From NCBI GenBank assembly GCA_964016885.1, contig OZ024740.1:309628001-309692000 (forward strand): DNA of 64,000 nt. The letters run 5' to 3'. Of this stretch, positions 29,364-42,233 are shown one piece after another. The notes under the pieces were generated by a model. The model searched no databases. It was not told where the DNA came from and saw nothing but the letters and a program-made list of their open reading frames with translations. Both the position numbers and the translations under genes were made by a program. The stretch is from Eledone cirrhosa (lineage: Eukaryota). Positions within the stretch are counted from its first letter, which is position 1. Each line of letters begins with the position of its first letter.

Positions 29364-30407
29364 ATGGCAGCACGGGAAGGGGGGTGTACACCGCCCTGGA
29401 GACTTGGGACGATTCCGAACACAATCATGACACCCCAGGACACCATCGACCCACAGGTAATTTCCAGTTACAATAGACCAGTAACTACTAGGGAGACAGG
29501 TAATTCTAATATAGTTAGTAGGAACAAGAGGCGTCGGACCAGAAAAGTCCTGTGGTATAATCCCCCTTACTCCACTGGCCTGACCACTAGTATAGCTAAG
29601 CTTTTCTTTAGGGCCTTAGACAAATGCTTCCCTAGATCGCACAGATATTATAAAATATTCAATAGAAATACCATCAAGCTGTCCTACTCCACAACTAGTA
29701 ACATAGCTCAGAATATAGCTAAGATGAATTATAGTAGACTTAGGACAGCCAATGAGGGAATTAGGCATGGCAGGAACAATGGCAGCTCTATTGAGGAACT
29801 GACTCATACACGTGAGGCGAGTCGGGTCTCCCCAACCCCAGGGAATTTACCCATAGAGCAGACTGGAACTGAGACCCGACCCCAAAGGTACCGTGGTCCA
29901 TCTGGAACTACTCAGGTCGATAGCAAAAAATGTAACTGCAGAAGCACCGGCACCTGCCCCATGGCTGGGAAATGCCTTACCAAAAACATAGTCTACAACT
30001 GTAAGGTCTCCACTCCTGATAGAACCTTTAGGTATGTTGGGGCAACTGCCACGGAATTTAAGGATAGATGGTATAATCACCGCCATACCTTTAATAGATT
30101 AGATAAAAAAAATAGCACGGCACTTTCGGAATTAGTCTGGAAGCTTAAACATCAGAATATAGAACACTCCTTATCCTGGTCCATAGTTTGCTCAGCCCAA
30201 CCTTATAACGGCAGCACTGGCGTCTGCAATTTATGTATAGCTGAAACTTTTAATATTATTAGAGGCGGCCCCCTATTAATTAATAGGAGAGCAGATTTTT
30301 TCAGCAACTGCCAACATAGAACCTCGAAAACCTTCCGCAGGATTTTTGGAAGGCAACCTACCAATAACTCCTCCCTCTCTACTTTAGCCATAGAGTTCTC
30401 TCAATAA
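29364..30407 (+). CDS. C-terminal part of a PLE ORF: linker, Zn-knuckle and GIY-YIG endonuclease
   Basis: 347-aa open frame with RKVLWYNPPYS, FNRNTIKLSYS, CNCR..CPMAGKCL..IVYNC, YVGAT..FKDRWYNH, STALSELVWKLK and CNLC.AE; no RT present. Confidence 0.85.
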   Translation: MAAREGGCTPPWRLGTIPNTIMTPQDTIDPQVISSYNRPVTTRETGNSNIVSRNKRRRTRKVLWYNPPYSTGLTTSIAKLFFRALDKCFPRSHRYYKIFNRNTIKLSYSTTSNIAQNIAKMNYSRLRTANEGIRHGRNNGSSIEELTHTREASRVSPTPGNLPIEQTGTETRPQRYRGPSGTTQVDSKKCNCRSTGTCPMAGKCLTKNIVYNCKVSTPDRTFRYVGATATEFKDRWYNHRHTFNRLDKKNSTALSELVWKLKHQNIEHSLSWSIVCSAQPYNGSTGVCNLCIAETFNIIRGGPLLINRRADFFSNCQHRTSKTFRRIFGRQPTNNSSLSTLAIEFSQ

Positions 30408-31713
30408 ACGGACAGTCACACACTTAGGTAGTTAGACGGCTAAGATTGTTTGCGCACTTGCAAACGATACTCGGTCTGTTTCCACGGAGTTCTCACAGCT
30501 GAGTGCTCTCTTTTAGAATACCTAGCTAGTAAATAGTTAAATTGATTACACACTTAGTTAGGACCGATTACGCGCTCTATGCATAGCTCTACACACAGTA
30601 CCCGTTTCCTTTAGACATTGAGCTCCCACAATTACGACTGTCACGTTCCTACCGACTAAACACTACACCAAGTTTTGATGCGTGATCATCTAACCATAGA
30701 GGACTCACTGTTAGGGATTGAACAATAATACTGACACACCATTAATGGGCCTACACACATCCTTTGGATTTTACTGTCCTGTGTTTTCTTACTTCACCTT
30801 CTGTGTTGGATAACACACCTCCACCACTCAAACAATTATCTTAAAAGCTCATTGGCCCATATGACGGGAAATCACATTTGCGGACACATTTACCCAATAC
30901 CCAACCCTACACGGAACCCTTTGCCGGCCTACATTGCGGTTGCTTGCACGCACGGATTTGGTGACACGGATTCTCAATGGGACAGCGGTACACAAGGAGT
31001 TCGACATGAGCTGATTGCTTGTTTTTCACATGGATGTGTATATACCCGGACATACCCTTTTTTGGACGATTCGGATGTGTATATACCATAACATACACCT
31101 GAAGATATGGATGCTACAATTCGATCTATACACGTATAGCAGAACACTGAACTGAACTTACTTGCGCGCGCGCGCGCGCGCGTGTGTGTGTGTGTATGTG
31201 TGTGTATGTGTGGGGCGTTGGTTAACCCAATATTTCCAATTTACATCGTCAAATTGAGATTTGACCAACATAGCTTCTGTTGCTTTGTGAACTAACTTTC
31301 GGTGAGTGCTGTGTTGGTACATTTTATATTTGTTTTTTTCTCGGACATCGCTTTGGTGTGTGTGAAAGTGTGTGTGTACCCACCCACACTAACTCTACGG
31401 GTTTAATACTGTGTTGATGTGTGTATATATATGTATATATTTTTCTTTGACCTCGAGCCGATGTATGTGGGTGTGGAGTGTGTGTGTACCCACCCACTTT
31501 TAACTGTGACTGACTGTATCCCTACATATTTGATTGATGTCCAGCGTCTTTTGCAGCGATAGAAATCTGAAAACTTTTATGACCTCAACTGAAGCTAATA
31601 GCAGTCGCCGTGTCTCTGACTGACTGGTGTGTCTCCATATGAGGGAATGAATTCTGTGAGAGAACATCGTTATTTTTTCTCCCTCATATCAAGAATTTGA
31701 AGACAATTCATTT

Positions 31714-31787
31714 TCACCTGATGAGATCAGTGATAATCGATCATGGCTTCACAATCGATCTATCTCTTATTGAAACATGTGTCTTGA
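31714..31787 (+). ncRNA. Hammerhead ribozyme in 3' pLTR
   Basis: tcac-CTGATGA-[stem II]-GAAA-c(atgt)g-TC-ttga. Confidence 0.65.
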
Positions 31788-31828
31788 TTAAATGATTGGA
31801 ATTTTACCTTGCCTTCGGATTTTCATTT

Positions 31829-31870
<42 letters not shown>

Positions 31871-32195
31871 TTCGTGTTGGATGCTTAAAGCGTCCGTAAG
31901 CGGTAGGCCGTTTGAGCACTCGATGCTCTTACAGAGCAGAGTATGATATCACATAAGAAACGGAGAATCAGTGTTGCGACGAATAAAATTTATTAGACAT
32001 ATTACAATCGTTTCTCTGGTAACCAGCTCGAGGAAAGATCGATGTGATGATCGAACCTGACTCTGAAATCGCAAAGTCCTCAGATACGTCTCGATCATTA
32101 CATCGATCGTGCCTCGAGCTGGTCGCCAGAGAAACGATTGTAATATGTCTACTAAATTTTATTCGTCGTAACACATATTCTTCATTTCTTATGTG

Positions 32196-32267
<72 letters not shown>

Positions 32268-32320
32268 GCACACACACACACACACACGCACGCACGCACA
32301 CACGCACACACACACGCGCG

Positions 32321-32410
<90 letters not shown>

Positions 32411-32426
32411 AGTTTAATATAGAAAT

Positions 32427-32478
32427 GGCTTCTACAGGACTAGAACTGTTTCATTCGAAGGGAATCATCAGAAAAGCC
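32427..32478 (-). ncRNA. Hammerhead ribozyme, followed by an inverted degenerate copy (32476-32528, plus)
   Basis: Reverse complement: ggctttt-CTGATGA-ttc(ccttc)gaat-GAAA-cag(ttctagtc)ctg-TA-gaagcc. Confidence 0.65.
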
Positions 32479-32607
32479 GTTTCCTGATAATTTCATTCGA
32501 ATGAAACTTTTCTAGTCCTGTAGAAGCCATTTCTATATTAAACTGTTATAATCTGCTATGTATTGAGTACCTTATTTACTGTCGTTAGCCCCGATTGAAC
32601 CCGGGAT

Positions 32608-32646
<39 letters not shown>

Positions 32647-32687
32647 TATACACACACACACATATACACACACACACATATACACAC

Positions 32688-32810
<123 letters not shown>

Positions 32811-32908
32811 TATATATATATATATAAGGTGAAAAATTAAATAAAGACATACAGAATGAACAATAAGAATGATATAGTAAGGAATTTAGAAATAGGTAGT
32901 AGATACAG

Positions 32909-33014
32909 AATGAGTGGGGGCGGAAACTTGAACACCCACCTTCTCTCTCTCTCCCTATATATATATATATAGGGAGAGAGAAGGGGGATGTTCAAGTTTC
33001 CGCCCCCACTCATT
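32909..33014. repeat. Fold-back palindrome centred on (TA)n
   Basis: aatgagtgggggcggaaacttgaaca ... tgttcaagtttccgcccccactcatt. Confidence 0.9.
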
Positions 33015-33054
33015 ATATATATATATATATATATATGTTTGTGTGTGTGTGTGT

Positions 33055-33091
<37 letters not shown>

Positions 33092-33329
33092 TATATATAT
33101 ATATATAAATATATATAAATATAATTAGAAATTGTTAGTAAATAGAAAAATGAGAGGAGAAAGCGTAATGTGGAGAGAGGAAGAAAAGTTTCAAAAGGCA
33201 GCAAGTTGGGAGGAGATGTATGACAGAAATCAGTATGTTCAAGATACACATAATGTAGGAAAATGGAAAAAGGGAAGGAAGCCACCTGATAAAGAATGTT
33301 ACACGTATTTCTTTATGTGAAGAAAGATG

Positions 33330-34520
33330 CATTTACTGCATAATAAATATACTGTAATTGTACAAGTTGAAAATGTTAATGCATACATATCAGCTTGTAT
33401 CTACATTTTCTCTCAACACTGCAAACAGCTTTAAAGATGCTGCAGTAGCTTTTGTTATTAGAGTAAATAGTTATATGGAATAGAATGATGTGCAAAATAC
33501 CACCAATTCAAATCTTCAATATATTTTTGTTTTCTACATGGAGTCATTTCCTGTACGTTAAATCTCTTCCTCCTCACGGAAAGCATAAAGGTCACACCGA
33601 TCAAACCCGGTAAGATCTAAAGCCGCCGGTTCTTGTAAATAAATCAATATCTTCATCTTTCAAGTAGATGATTGTTTATGCCAAAATATATTTCAGTATT
33701 CGAGTATTTCCGTTTTATATCTTATGACAGGTTCTTATGTTAGGAATTCTTATATGTAAAATTGAATTCTGTGACATCCATATTCAACTCAACCGATGTA
33801 GCATCTGATATGAATGGACAACTTACCCGTTCTTCCCCTTTGTGTCTTATAGAATATACAAATGACTATTGTACAATCTTTGCTATTGATATATATTATT
33901 CAGGAAAATCCATGTAGCCAAATGACAATCTTTCTTTATTAAAGCACCATAACTTTGTGTAATGCAATTCTATCAATTGTAGTACAGTAGATTGAAATGT
34001 AATTGTGTTTATATGTAGGTAATATGCTAATAAATATGGTGGAATGTAGCCTAGTCTATTGAATATTAAATATTTTCATACTACAAATGATATTGTTGAA
34101 ATATTAAAATGTTTGCTTATTAACATTTTAGTTGAATGACTAACAGTTTAAATAAATTTAATAATATTTTTCTCACTTGCCTAATCAGGGTTCTGCTGTT
34201 CTCATAATCAATTCTTTATTGATGCTATCATAGTGGTTACTGGTATTAACATTTTCCTTTTACAGAAAAACTTCAATTGTTATTGCCAATGTTCTCAAAT
34301 TTAACCTTTCGCTGTCCGTTTTATGATGTTATTATATGTTCATGATTGTATTTGATAACATTTCCTGAAGCAATGATGGTAATGATATGAACTATAGCGA
34401 CTAAAAGAAGCGGCCATGACAGCCATGATGATAATGCTGACAATATTGAAAACGATATCTATTGCTCCTTATAAAGGACTGCGCTATAAGAGTTGAAATT
34501 TCTGTCATTCTGGCCACTCA
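33330..34520 (-). pseudogene. Possible heavily decayed GPCR remnant
   Basis: Scattered TM-like pieces: IITIIASGNVI, TTIDRI, LVVFCTSFYSI* and YVCINIFNLYNYSIF; many stops and frameshifts. Confidence 0.3.
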
Positions 34521-35859
34521 TTCCTCTTTCAGGTGTTTTTCTATTGACGTTAATGATAGCATCGCCATAGCAATACTTCGTCTTTATTCAGAATTGTAAT
34601 CTCTTTCTAGACATTTCCTTAAGGTCTTTAATTTTGGTACTACTTTGAGTGTTTCTGAATTACAAGCCTATTTTCGACGGCAGTATTAATGGTTGGCCAC
34701 CAATTACATCCGTTTCTTTCATTTCTCTAATTTAAACAGCTACTCTGAATTTTTGCTCATTACATATTTTTTAATCGGTACTTTTAATAACCAAGTCACT
34801 ATTTTACCAATAATCCTGCTGCAACTTTTAACATCACTGATACCTGAAAGCATATGTTAAATAGCCTATTAGTATAGCTTTTAATTTATCAGCAGAAATT
34901 ACTCAGAAGATATTCAGATTGACAACTACTCATATTCTCTCAATTCAAAATTATAGCTGCAATGATTATGGAGAATTCTTGTTCCTGAATATATTTAATG
35001 TCTTTCTTGAGATCTTATGATTCAAAAGGGGGACAGAGTTGTCACATTAACAGATATTTATTGGGACATTTTATAGAGTTAATTACAGGTATAAATAGAT
35101 TCAAATACGATAGTTATACGATTACTAATTTATTTATTATTGGAGAAATCATTACTATCGATATAAATATATATCAAATAAAATCAAGACTATTATAATG
35201 ACTAAGGAATTTACCAGCATGATTATTGATACCGGAATTTATAGATTCTTGTTTAAAGTGGGATAGTGTTAGTGCTATGACATGCATTTCTAATCTGTTC
35301 TATCAAAACCTTTACACATCTCACTCTTTTAATATACAGATATGTAGTTTTGATAACAGCTAATGAGCTAGAAACGCGTCGATTACATCCCCTTGTTTTT
35401 GCTGAAGCCTTCAAATGTTTTTCACAAACATCTCGTATTATCCAATATTCAATACGTGCATTCATATGTATATCGCTATGTCGGTGAACCAATACGGCTA
35501 CCGCTCCGTATGCAAATGAGTTTCATTAGTTCATAAACATAGGCTGGAATCTATAAGATTCAAGCTTAAATTAGCCTCAGCAAAGACGAGATGTATGTAG
35601 TCTTGATAACAGCTAATCAGCTAGAAACGAATCAATTACCTTCTCCTCCTGTTTTTACTGAGGCTGAATGTGTAATGATGATCACAACCTTAAAAATTCA
35701 TAGGCCTTCAAATGTTTATCATAAATATCCCGTATATTATTTAATATACAATACGTACATTCATATGTATACCGCTATGTCGGAGCAACGATACACATTT
35801 ATATATATATATAGTTATATTTGGAAATGGTCATTTTACCAATTGAACACACGCACCAT

Positions 35860-36385
35860 ATAACTTTCCCTTTATCTTTATTCTTCCGTCGAAGTTCTTT
35901 CGTCACACCAATCTGTGACCTCCTCAACGACTATCTATTTCTTGCACCTCTTCTTTTTCTGGTCTTACATTTCTATTTCATTTTGTAGTTATGCCATTAT
36001 TTTGTTTCGGGGTGCGTTTTTCGTATTTGTGCATGCGTTTGCATCTGCGCTTTCGTCTCTCTCTCTCCGTGTATGTAGTTTTGTGCTTGTCCTGTCTATG
36101 TGTGTGGTTTTTTTTATCGTTACTTGTTTTTGTGTTTTTTTTGTCTTTAGTATTTTTCTTCTCTCTCTTTTCTTATTCTGTCTTCAGTCGTTAAGTTGTT
36201 GGCCGTTACTATTCCACTCGTGTTTTATGTTCAGGTTGGGTTTATTTTATATTATGTGAGTGGCCTCAGTAATTTATCTGAGTGTTGCGTCAGTATCATG
36301 TGAGGGTAGGATCTTTATTTCTATGTTATCTATTGAGCCCCCGTGTTCTAATTTGGCATGTTGGTATTGTACTGATGAACTTAAG
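35860..36385 (-). mobile_element. Penelope-like element 3' fragment related to the 1-3.5 kb family, with HHR at 35888-35932
   Basis: Reverse complement translates to SSVQYQHAKLEHGGSIDNIEIKI..DATLR*ITEA..KPNLNIKHEWN. HHR: gtcg-TTGAGGA-ggtcac..gtgac-GAAA-gaac-TT-cgac. Confidence 0.75.
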
Positions 36386-36644
36386 GAGGAGAAAGCTCAT
36401 CAGTGTGCATAGTTTTGTGGCTTATCAATGTATGGAGTGAGTTTCATTGCCCTAGGTGTCGGGAAAATACTCAACAAGAAATGGAAGCAAAAGTGAAGGA
36501 AGAGGGAAAACAATAATAATCATATTAATAAGGATTTCTTTATTAGTCTAACAGAGCTCACATAAAGAACATATTAAGGTTTTGGCGTGTAAAATGTTTT
36601 TAACAAAAACAAGGAAAATATGTAAAAATTTAAACAAAATAAAA

Positions 36645-36880
36645 TCTTCCGAGGGTCACACATGCAGCTGCATTACTCACACCATCACCCTGATCGGACC
36701 TAGTGACCATTTCTTTCAGGTTAAGGACTCTTTTTGTTGCACTTCAACTACCCGCGTCTCCGCGCCCCGGTGCATGCTATGCTGACCAACAGATACGCTG
36801 AACATCTGATGGATATCCGGGTCGGCAACTCATCCTCGGTGGCCCGACATTTCCACTCTATCGGTCGATCCAGGCATCAG
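36645..36880 (+). mobile_element. Penelope-like GIY-YIG fragment
   Basis: ITLIGPSDHFFQVKDSFCCTS and RYAEHLMDIRVGNSSSVARHFHS. Confidence 0.6.
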
Positions 36881-37099
36881 CTCACTGATTTGTCCTCCAC
36901 ACACCATCCAGTACCCATCCTCATACACATGCCTATACTGAAATACACACATTTAGATACCGTATACTATAACAAAATACTCTAATACACTTATTAATAA
37001 AGAAACACGCAGAAGCATATATACACACATTTTATTTTGTTGCGTTAGTGACTGTAACTGATTTTCATTTATTTAAAAAGAGGTGACACAGAGAGACAT

Positions 37100-37302
37100 A
37101 ACAAATAGTCATTGAGGAGGTCTAAGAATGCGTGACGAAAATTCTTTGAAGAAATAACCAATAACCTATGATTAATAATAATAAAGCTGAAGTAATACTG
37201 CGTGTGTTTTTATTGGCAAAATCGGCAACATAACTATCGCCAAATATAACAATATATTTGAACAATCGATTTCACTTCAAGAATTTTGTAAAATAAATAA
37301 AG
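37100..37302 (+). mobile_element. Solitary PLE pLTR remnant with a degenerate HHR (about 37106-37147)
   Basis: agtca-TTGAGGA-ggtc..gtgac-GAAA followed by tgcgtgtgttt..attggcaa..aatataacaata, as in the pLTR at 1907-2172. Confidence 0.55.
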
Positions 37303-37353
37303 ATAATTTATTAACTCTTCACATATTCTCGATAACATAGATATCTTCTTTTC

Positions 37354-37826
37354 GGCGGTGGATTGGCAATATCGGTAGAGGGTCGGACGTCATGCTTTGA
37401 CGCATAGAGTTACGGCCCTTTCTATTCTGAGTTCAAATCCCGCCGAGGTCAACTTTGCCTTTCATCCTTACGGGGTCGATAAAATAAAGTACCAGTAATG
37501 TACTGGGTAATTTGCTGGCCTTGTGCCAAAAGTAGAAACAATTATTTTCGGATTTCTGTTTAATTTTACCCACAACTTTCAACATTGTTCATGGGAATGT
37601 CACGTCATATCATTATATACATGTGCAGGGCGGTGGATTGGCAGTATCAGCAGAGGGTCGGACGTCATGCTTTGCAGCAGAGAGAGAAGGCCCTTTATGA
37701 TCTGTGTTCAAATCCCGCTGAGGTTAACTTTGCCCTTCATCCTTACGAGGTCGATAAAACAAAGTATTAATCGAATTTCCCCTCACCCCAAAAATTGCTG
37801 GCCTTGTGCCTATATAAGAAACCATT
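37354..37826 (+). mobile_element. Two tRNA-derived SINE copies (37354-37544 and 37629-37826)
   Basis: Family motifs; one short-tail and one long-tail variant. Confidence 0.85.
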
Positions 37827-38718
37827 ATATACATATACGTATTGCTGCTGTGCTCTTTCTTATTGTTATAATATATGCCATGTTTAATTTGTTGCTTTCA
37901 TTGAAACTCTAAATGTATAGATTTTTAACGCATGAATATTTTTGAATTTCACAGCTGTTTCTCATATTTACATTCTCATATTGTATTTCTAATGCGCACA
38001 CATAGAAACACACCTAAAAAAAATTCACATATACACAAGCTGTCAAGCTGCCATACACATTTACACCCACACACACTCACACACATATGCATAACATATA
38101 TACTTCCATGTTTTCATATATCCATGTTTTCATATATGCGCATGCACACTGACTCAAACACATTGCCACATATACACGCATTCTTGTATATGCATGCACA
38201 CATACGCAACAAATCTATATTTGTATGTATATATCTGCAACTTCCATTGGATTTGATAGATGTGAACACATCAGTAAATTGAGATTATATATAGTTTGAT
38301 AAACAAGGTTGTACATATTTCAATATATATTTAAAATTCTAATAATACAACTATGTGACCTTGCCACTCGTTGCGCAGGATCGTGCTAACAGTGATTTTA
38401 CTTCTATATTTTAAGTACAAAATCGCCCGAGGCCTTTGTTACCATAGCAGATTGTGTGTTGAGGGATATTTGGTTGTAAATTTCACTAAGCGATACGAGA
38501 AGAAATTCGATGGAACTTCTACAAGAGCGGCTTTAATCATAAAATAAGATGCTCGTCGGCCATCTACCTGCGATCTGAGAGAGACAAACCAGATTCGCTG
38601 GAGACTCCTGGAGAGCACAATATGAAATTATTAGCGATGTGTTGTTATGAGCGAGATGAGTAGCGAGGGAGAATCATGTCGATCCGCACAAGTAGCACGC
38701 TGAGTTAATGAGATTATT

Positions 38719-39310
38719 ATTGGCAGTATCGGTAGAGAGTCGGACACCATGCTTTAAAGCATAGAGTTACGTCCCTTTATGATATGAGTTCAAATCCCGC
38801 CGAGCTTAACTTTGCCTTTCATCCTTACGGGGTCGATAAAATAAAGTACCAGTAATGTACTGGTAATTGCTGGCCTTGTGCCTAAAATAGAAACAATTAT
38901 TGGCAGTATCGGTAAAGTGTCAGACACCATGCTTTACAGCATAGAGTTACGGCCCTTTATAATCTGAGTTCAAATCCCGCCGAGGTTAACGTTGCCTTTC
39001 ATCCTTACGGGGTCGATAAAATAAAGTACCAGTCACGTAATGGAGTCGATATAATCGACCCCCCCCCCAAAAAAAAAAGAAAAAGAAAAATTGCTGGTCG
39101 TGTGCCTATATAAGAAATCATTACGGTGGATTGGCAGTATCAGTAGAGGGTCGGACGCTATGCTTTGCAGCAAAGAGTTACGGCTCTTTATGGTCTGAGT
39201 TCAAATCCCGCCGAGTTTAACTTTGCCTTTCATCCTTACAGAGTCGATAAAATAAACTACCAGTAATACACTGGTTAATTGCTGGCCTTGTGCCAAAAGT
39301 AGAAACGATT
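38719..39310 (+). mobile_element. Head-to-tail array of three SINE copies
   Basis: attggcagtatc.gta recurs near 38719, 38899 and 39130. Confidence 0.88.
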
Positions 39311-39415
39311 ATTATCGCGCTGTCAATGCACCGGAGCATTTAATCATCTGTCAAGGCAGAACAAGGACATCAGACAGATCATACTTTTATCAAAATGGTT
39401 CAGAAGAGCAGCGTG

Positions 39416-39489
<74 letters not shown>

Positions 39490-39499
39490 ACACACACAT

Positions 39500-39531
<32 letters not shown>

Positions 39532-40302
39532 ACACAAACACACTCATTCACGCTCAGAGAATACAAGACATTTTATATATAAGTTTAAATCCAAATAAAA
39601 TACAGAGTTACTAATTCATATTGATACCTTGCAAATTGAGACGGTCTGTATATATTCCGTTTGCTTCAGGTTAAATTTATCAAACCAACGTGGTGTTTCA
39701 ACCCTCGTAATTTTAGACATACAATTTACTGTGTTTATTTCTACATATATTATTATAAGTTTAAATCTGAATTTTGCTATATTCCTACCATCTATCATGT
39801 ATTTTTATTATATTTCCCACCAACAAAATATTTAATAGTTTCTGCCAGATTTTTAAAAACAAAAATTGGTCATATATAGAATTTCCAAGGAACATAAAGC
39901 ACCAAGAACTTAAATATTTCTCCCCCCCTCCCCCCAAATATATCAACAATTTATAATTGAAATAACAAACAACGGGAGCCTAAGAAAAGGAAATGCTAAA
40001 AAATTGCTGGAAAATATATATTGGGTTATCAAGTATGAAATTTGTAGAAGTTTGCTTTTTTTCCTACAAATTTCATACATGACGACCTAATATATTTTAA
40101 ATTTTTATTATAAATAATACTTTATAAAATTGATATCTATTTCAATTACTTTCGGTGCTTGTGAATATCGAATATGACAGAATGAGTAATACATTAATTA
40201 TAACCAAAGAACAAACATCTTATTAGTTTACTTTGTATTATTTACATACACTTATTTTCTGCTTCTGATGAGTTAAGCCAAGTTCCTTTTTTTTAAAAAT
40301 TT

Positions 40303-40492
40303 GTGTGTGACTGCGGCATCGAACCACAGATTATGCAGCAACTCCTGATATGCCCCCTGCTGGAACACCCCTGCACAGCATTGGACTTGGTAGAGTTTAA
40401 TGAGAAAGTACAACAATGTGTTCAGCTGTGGCGGAACCACATCTAGCTAACCTTTGTAACTGACACTCTTGTGGATACGACAAGAATAATAA
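40303..40492 (+). mobile_element. RTE-X-like LINE extreme 3' end
   Basis: CDCGIEPQIMQQLLICPLL..C...W..HI* followed by gatacgacaagaataataat tail. Confidence 0.55.
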
Positions 40493-40808
40493 TTTCCCTT
40501 TACACGTGTTACTCATAAATTCATCCTTTTAACTAACTCTTTAATGATCTATATCATAACCGAAACAATTGTTTGGAACATGATTCTATCTATTAGTTTT
40601 TATATGCTCTGTGATTACATCATTCTTTCTGTATCCTTTCCCTTAAAAGTATTTCTTATTTCTTCCAACAATTATTACGTAAACTCATGGAGCTCCATCT
40701 AATTTAGTAATATAGTATATTTGGTAATATGCTGTTTAATTAAAAACATTTTCAAGACCATTCGCTATGAGTTTTAAATTAGTGACTATGTCACAAAAAC
40801 AACGGAGA

Positions 40809-40858
40809 GTGATCGACAGACAGTCTGTTTCTCGCTTGTTAGCGTTTATCAAGACCAC
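40809..40858 (-). ncRNA. Hammerhead ribozyme, U3:A8 core variant
   Basis: Reverse complement: gtggtc-TTGATAA-acgct(aaca)agcga-GAAA-caga(ctg)tctg-TC-gatcac; stems I, II and III all pair. Confidence 0.7.
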
Positions 40859-40964
40859 ACACTCCCTTATCGCTGCCGAGAATTAAAGAAGCTGGATTCT
40901 TATAGAATTCCAGTAATATTTAAGAGCCATCAGCATAGTTGAGGTATGTCATACATCAATTTAC

Positions 40965-41032
40965 ATATTTTATCTGATGAGGACGTACTGAGGAAACAGC
41001 ACAGTACCTCCGAAATATATATAATAAAATAT
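40965..41032 (+). ncRNA. Minimal type I hammerhead ribozyme
   Basis: atattttat-CTGATGA-ggacgtactg(aggaaacagca)cagtacctcc-GAAA-t(atat)a-TA-ataaaatat; perfect 9-bp stem I. Confidence 0.85.
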
Positions 41033-41072
41033 ATTTGATTACATCAATGTCTATATTTATTAATATTTTGAA

Positions 41073-41148
<76 letters not shown>

Positions 41149-41149
41149 G

Positions 41150-41205
<56 letters not shown>

Positions 41206-41206
<1 letters not shown>

Positions 41207-41763
41207 TAGCGGCCTCCCGGCCTTCATCTCGGCGTACATTGTGCTCAAATCTATTCATAAGGCACCTATTACCATCTGTCTTAATGTCCATTTTCGTTAG
41301 CATAAAAGATGTTAAATGCTATGTAAATATTGTATAACATAATTTCAATTATTTATTTAGAATATCTGAATGCAGAAAGTAATAAAGAAAAGAATAGAAA
41401 AATGTATTCTACGAAAATGATAAAACATTTACAGAAATTCAGTATATACAATGAGCGTCTATAGATTTGTAGGTCTGGCTACCACCAAGGATCATTTGTA
41501 AGAAACTGATGGCATTCTTTGTGATTTCTTTGGGGACAAGGATTGCACTTTCACACAGCCATTCCTCTTTGGAATATTGGATTTGGAGATTGGGGAACAC
41601 TTAATTAATTAAGCTTAAAATGCTGAGTAAGCATTAAAATCATATATATGTCAGACCGGTCGACATCAATCGAACAAATCATCGAAAAGGTTTAGTTAGT
41701 TAGAGAGAAGAGGAGGTGGATGGTGTGAGAGGTGTAGTGGTTCCCTATTTCTGTATATATAGA
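41206..41763 (-). mobile_element. Helitron derivative retaining a Pif1-helicase remnant
   Basis: CTAG 3' end at 41206-41209. Reverse complement of 41450-41590 gives EWLCESAILVPK and QTYKSID, resembling the Helitron helicase motifs WLCERAILAPKN and TYKSID. Confidence 0.6.
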
Positions 41764-41930
41764 ATAAGGGTTGACCAGACATTACCTGGGTGCTAGATGG
41801 GTGTTAGAAACAGCATTAAATTCTCCCGCAACACGAGCCCATTTGAAGGTGGGAAAATAAGTCAACAACGAGCTTGATAGGGTCAGATTAGGGAAGACAC
41901 ACGAAAAAGTTTCATTATTATCAATTTTAT

Positions 41931-42233
41931 TTAACTTTGCCTTTCATCCTTACGGGGTCGATAAAATAAAGTACCAGTAATGCACAGGGTAATTGCTGGC
42001 TTTGTGCCTAAAGTAGAAACAATTATTATCAATTTTATTTTATGGCGGTGGATTGGCAGTATTGGTAGAGGGTCGGACGCCATGCTTTGACGTATTGAGT
42101 TACGGCTCTTGCCATTCTGAGTTCAAATCCCGCCAAGGTTAACTTTGCCTTTCATCCTTACGGGGTCGATAAAATAAAGTACCAGTAATGCACTGGGTAA
42201 TTGCTGGCCTTGTGCCTAACGTAGAAACAATTA
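41931..42233 (+). mobile_element. Truncated plus full-length SINE copies
   Basis: Family motifs. Confidence 0.85.

Larger units (their letters stand above)
28938..31833 (+). mobile_element. 5'-truncated Penelope-like element (Naiad-like) with approximately 380-bp inverted pLTR
   Basis: 28938-29314 is the reverse complement of 31453-31833; internal GIY-YIG ORF; ends at (TA)n. Confidence 0.88.

Noticed and set aside
36370-36405. ctgatga...tcatcag motif
   Set aside because: A simple hairpin at a PLE fragment boundary; no HHR stems.
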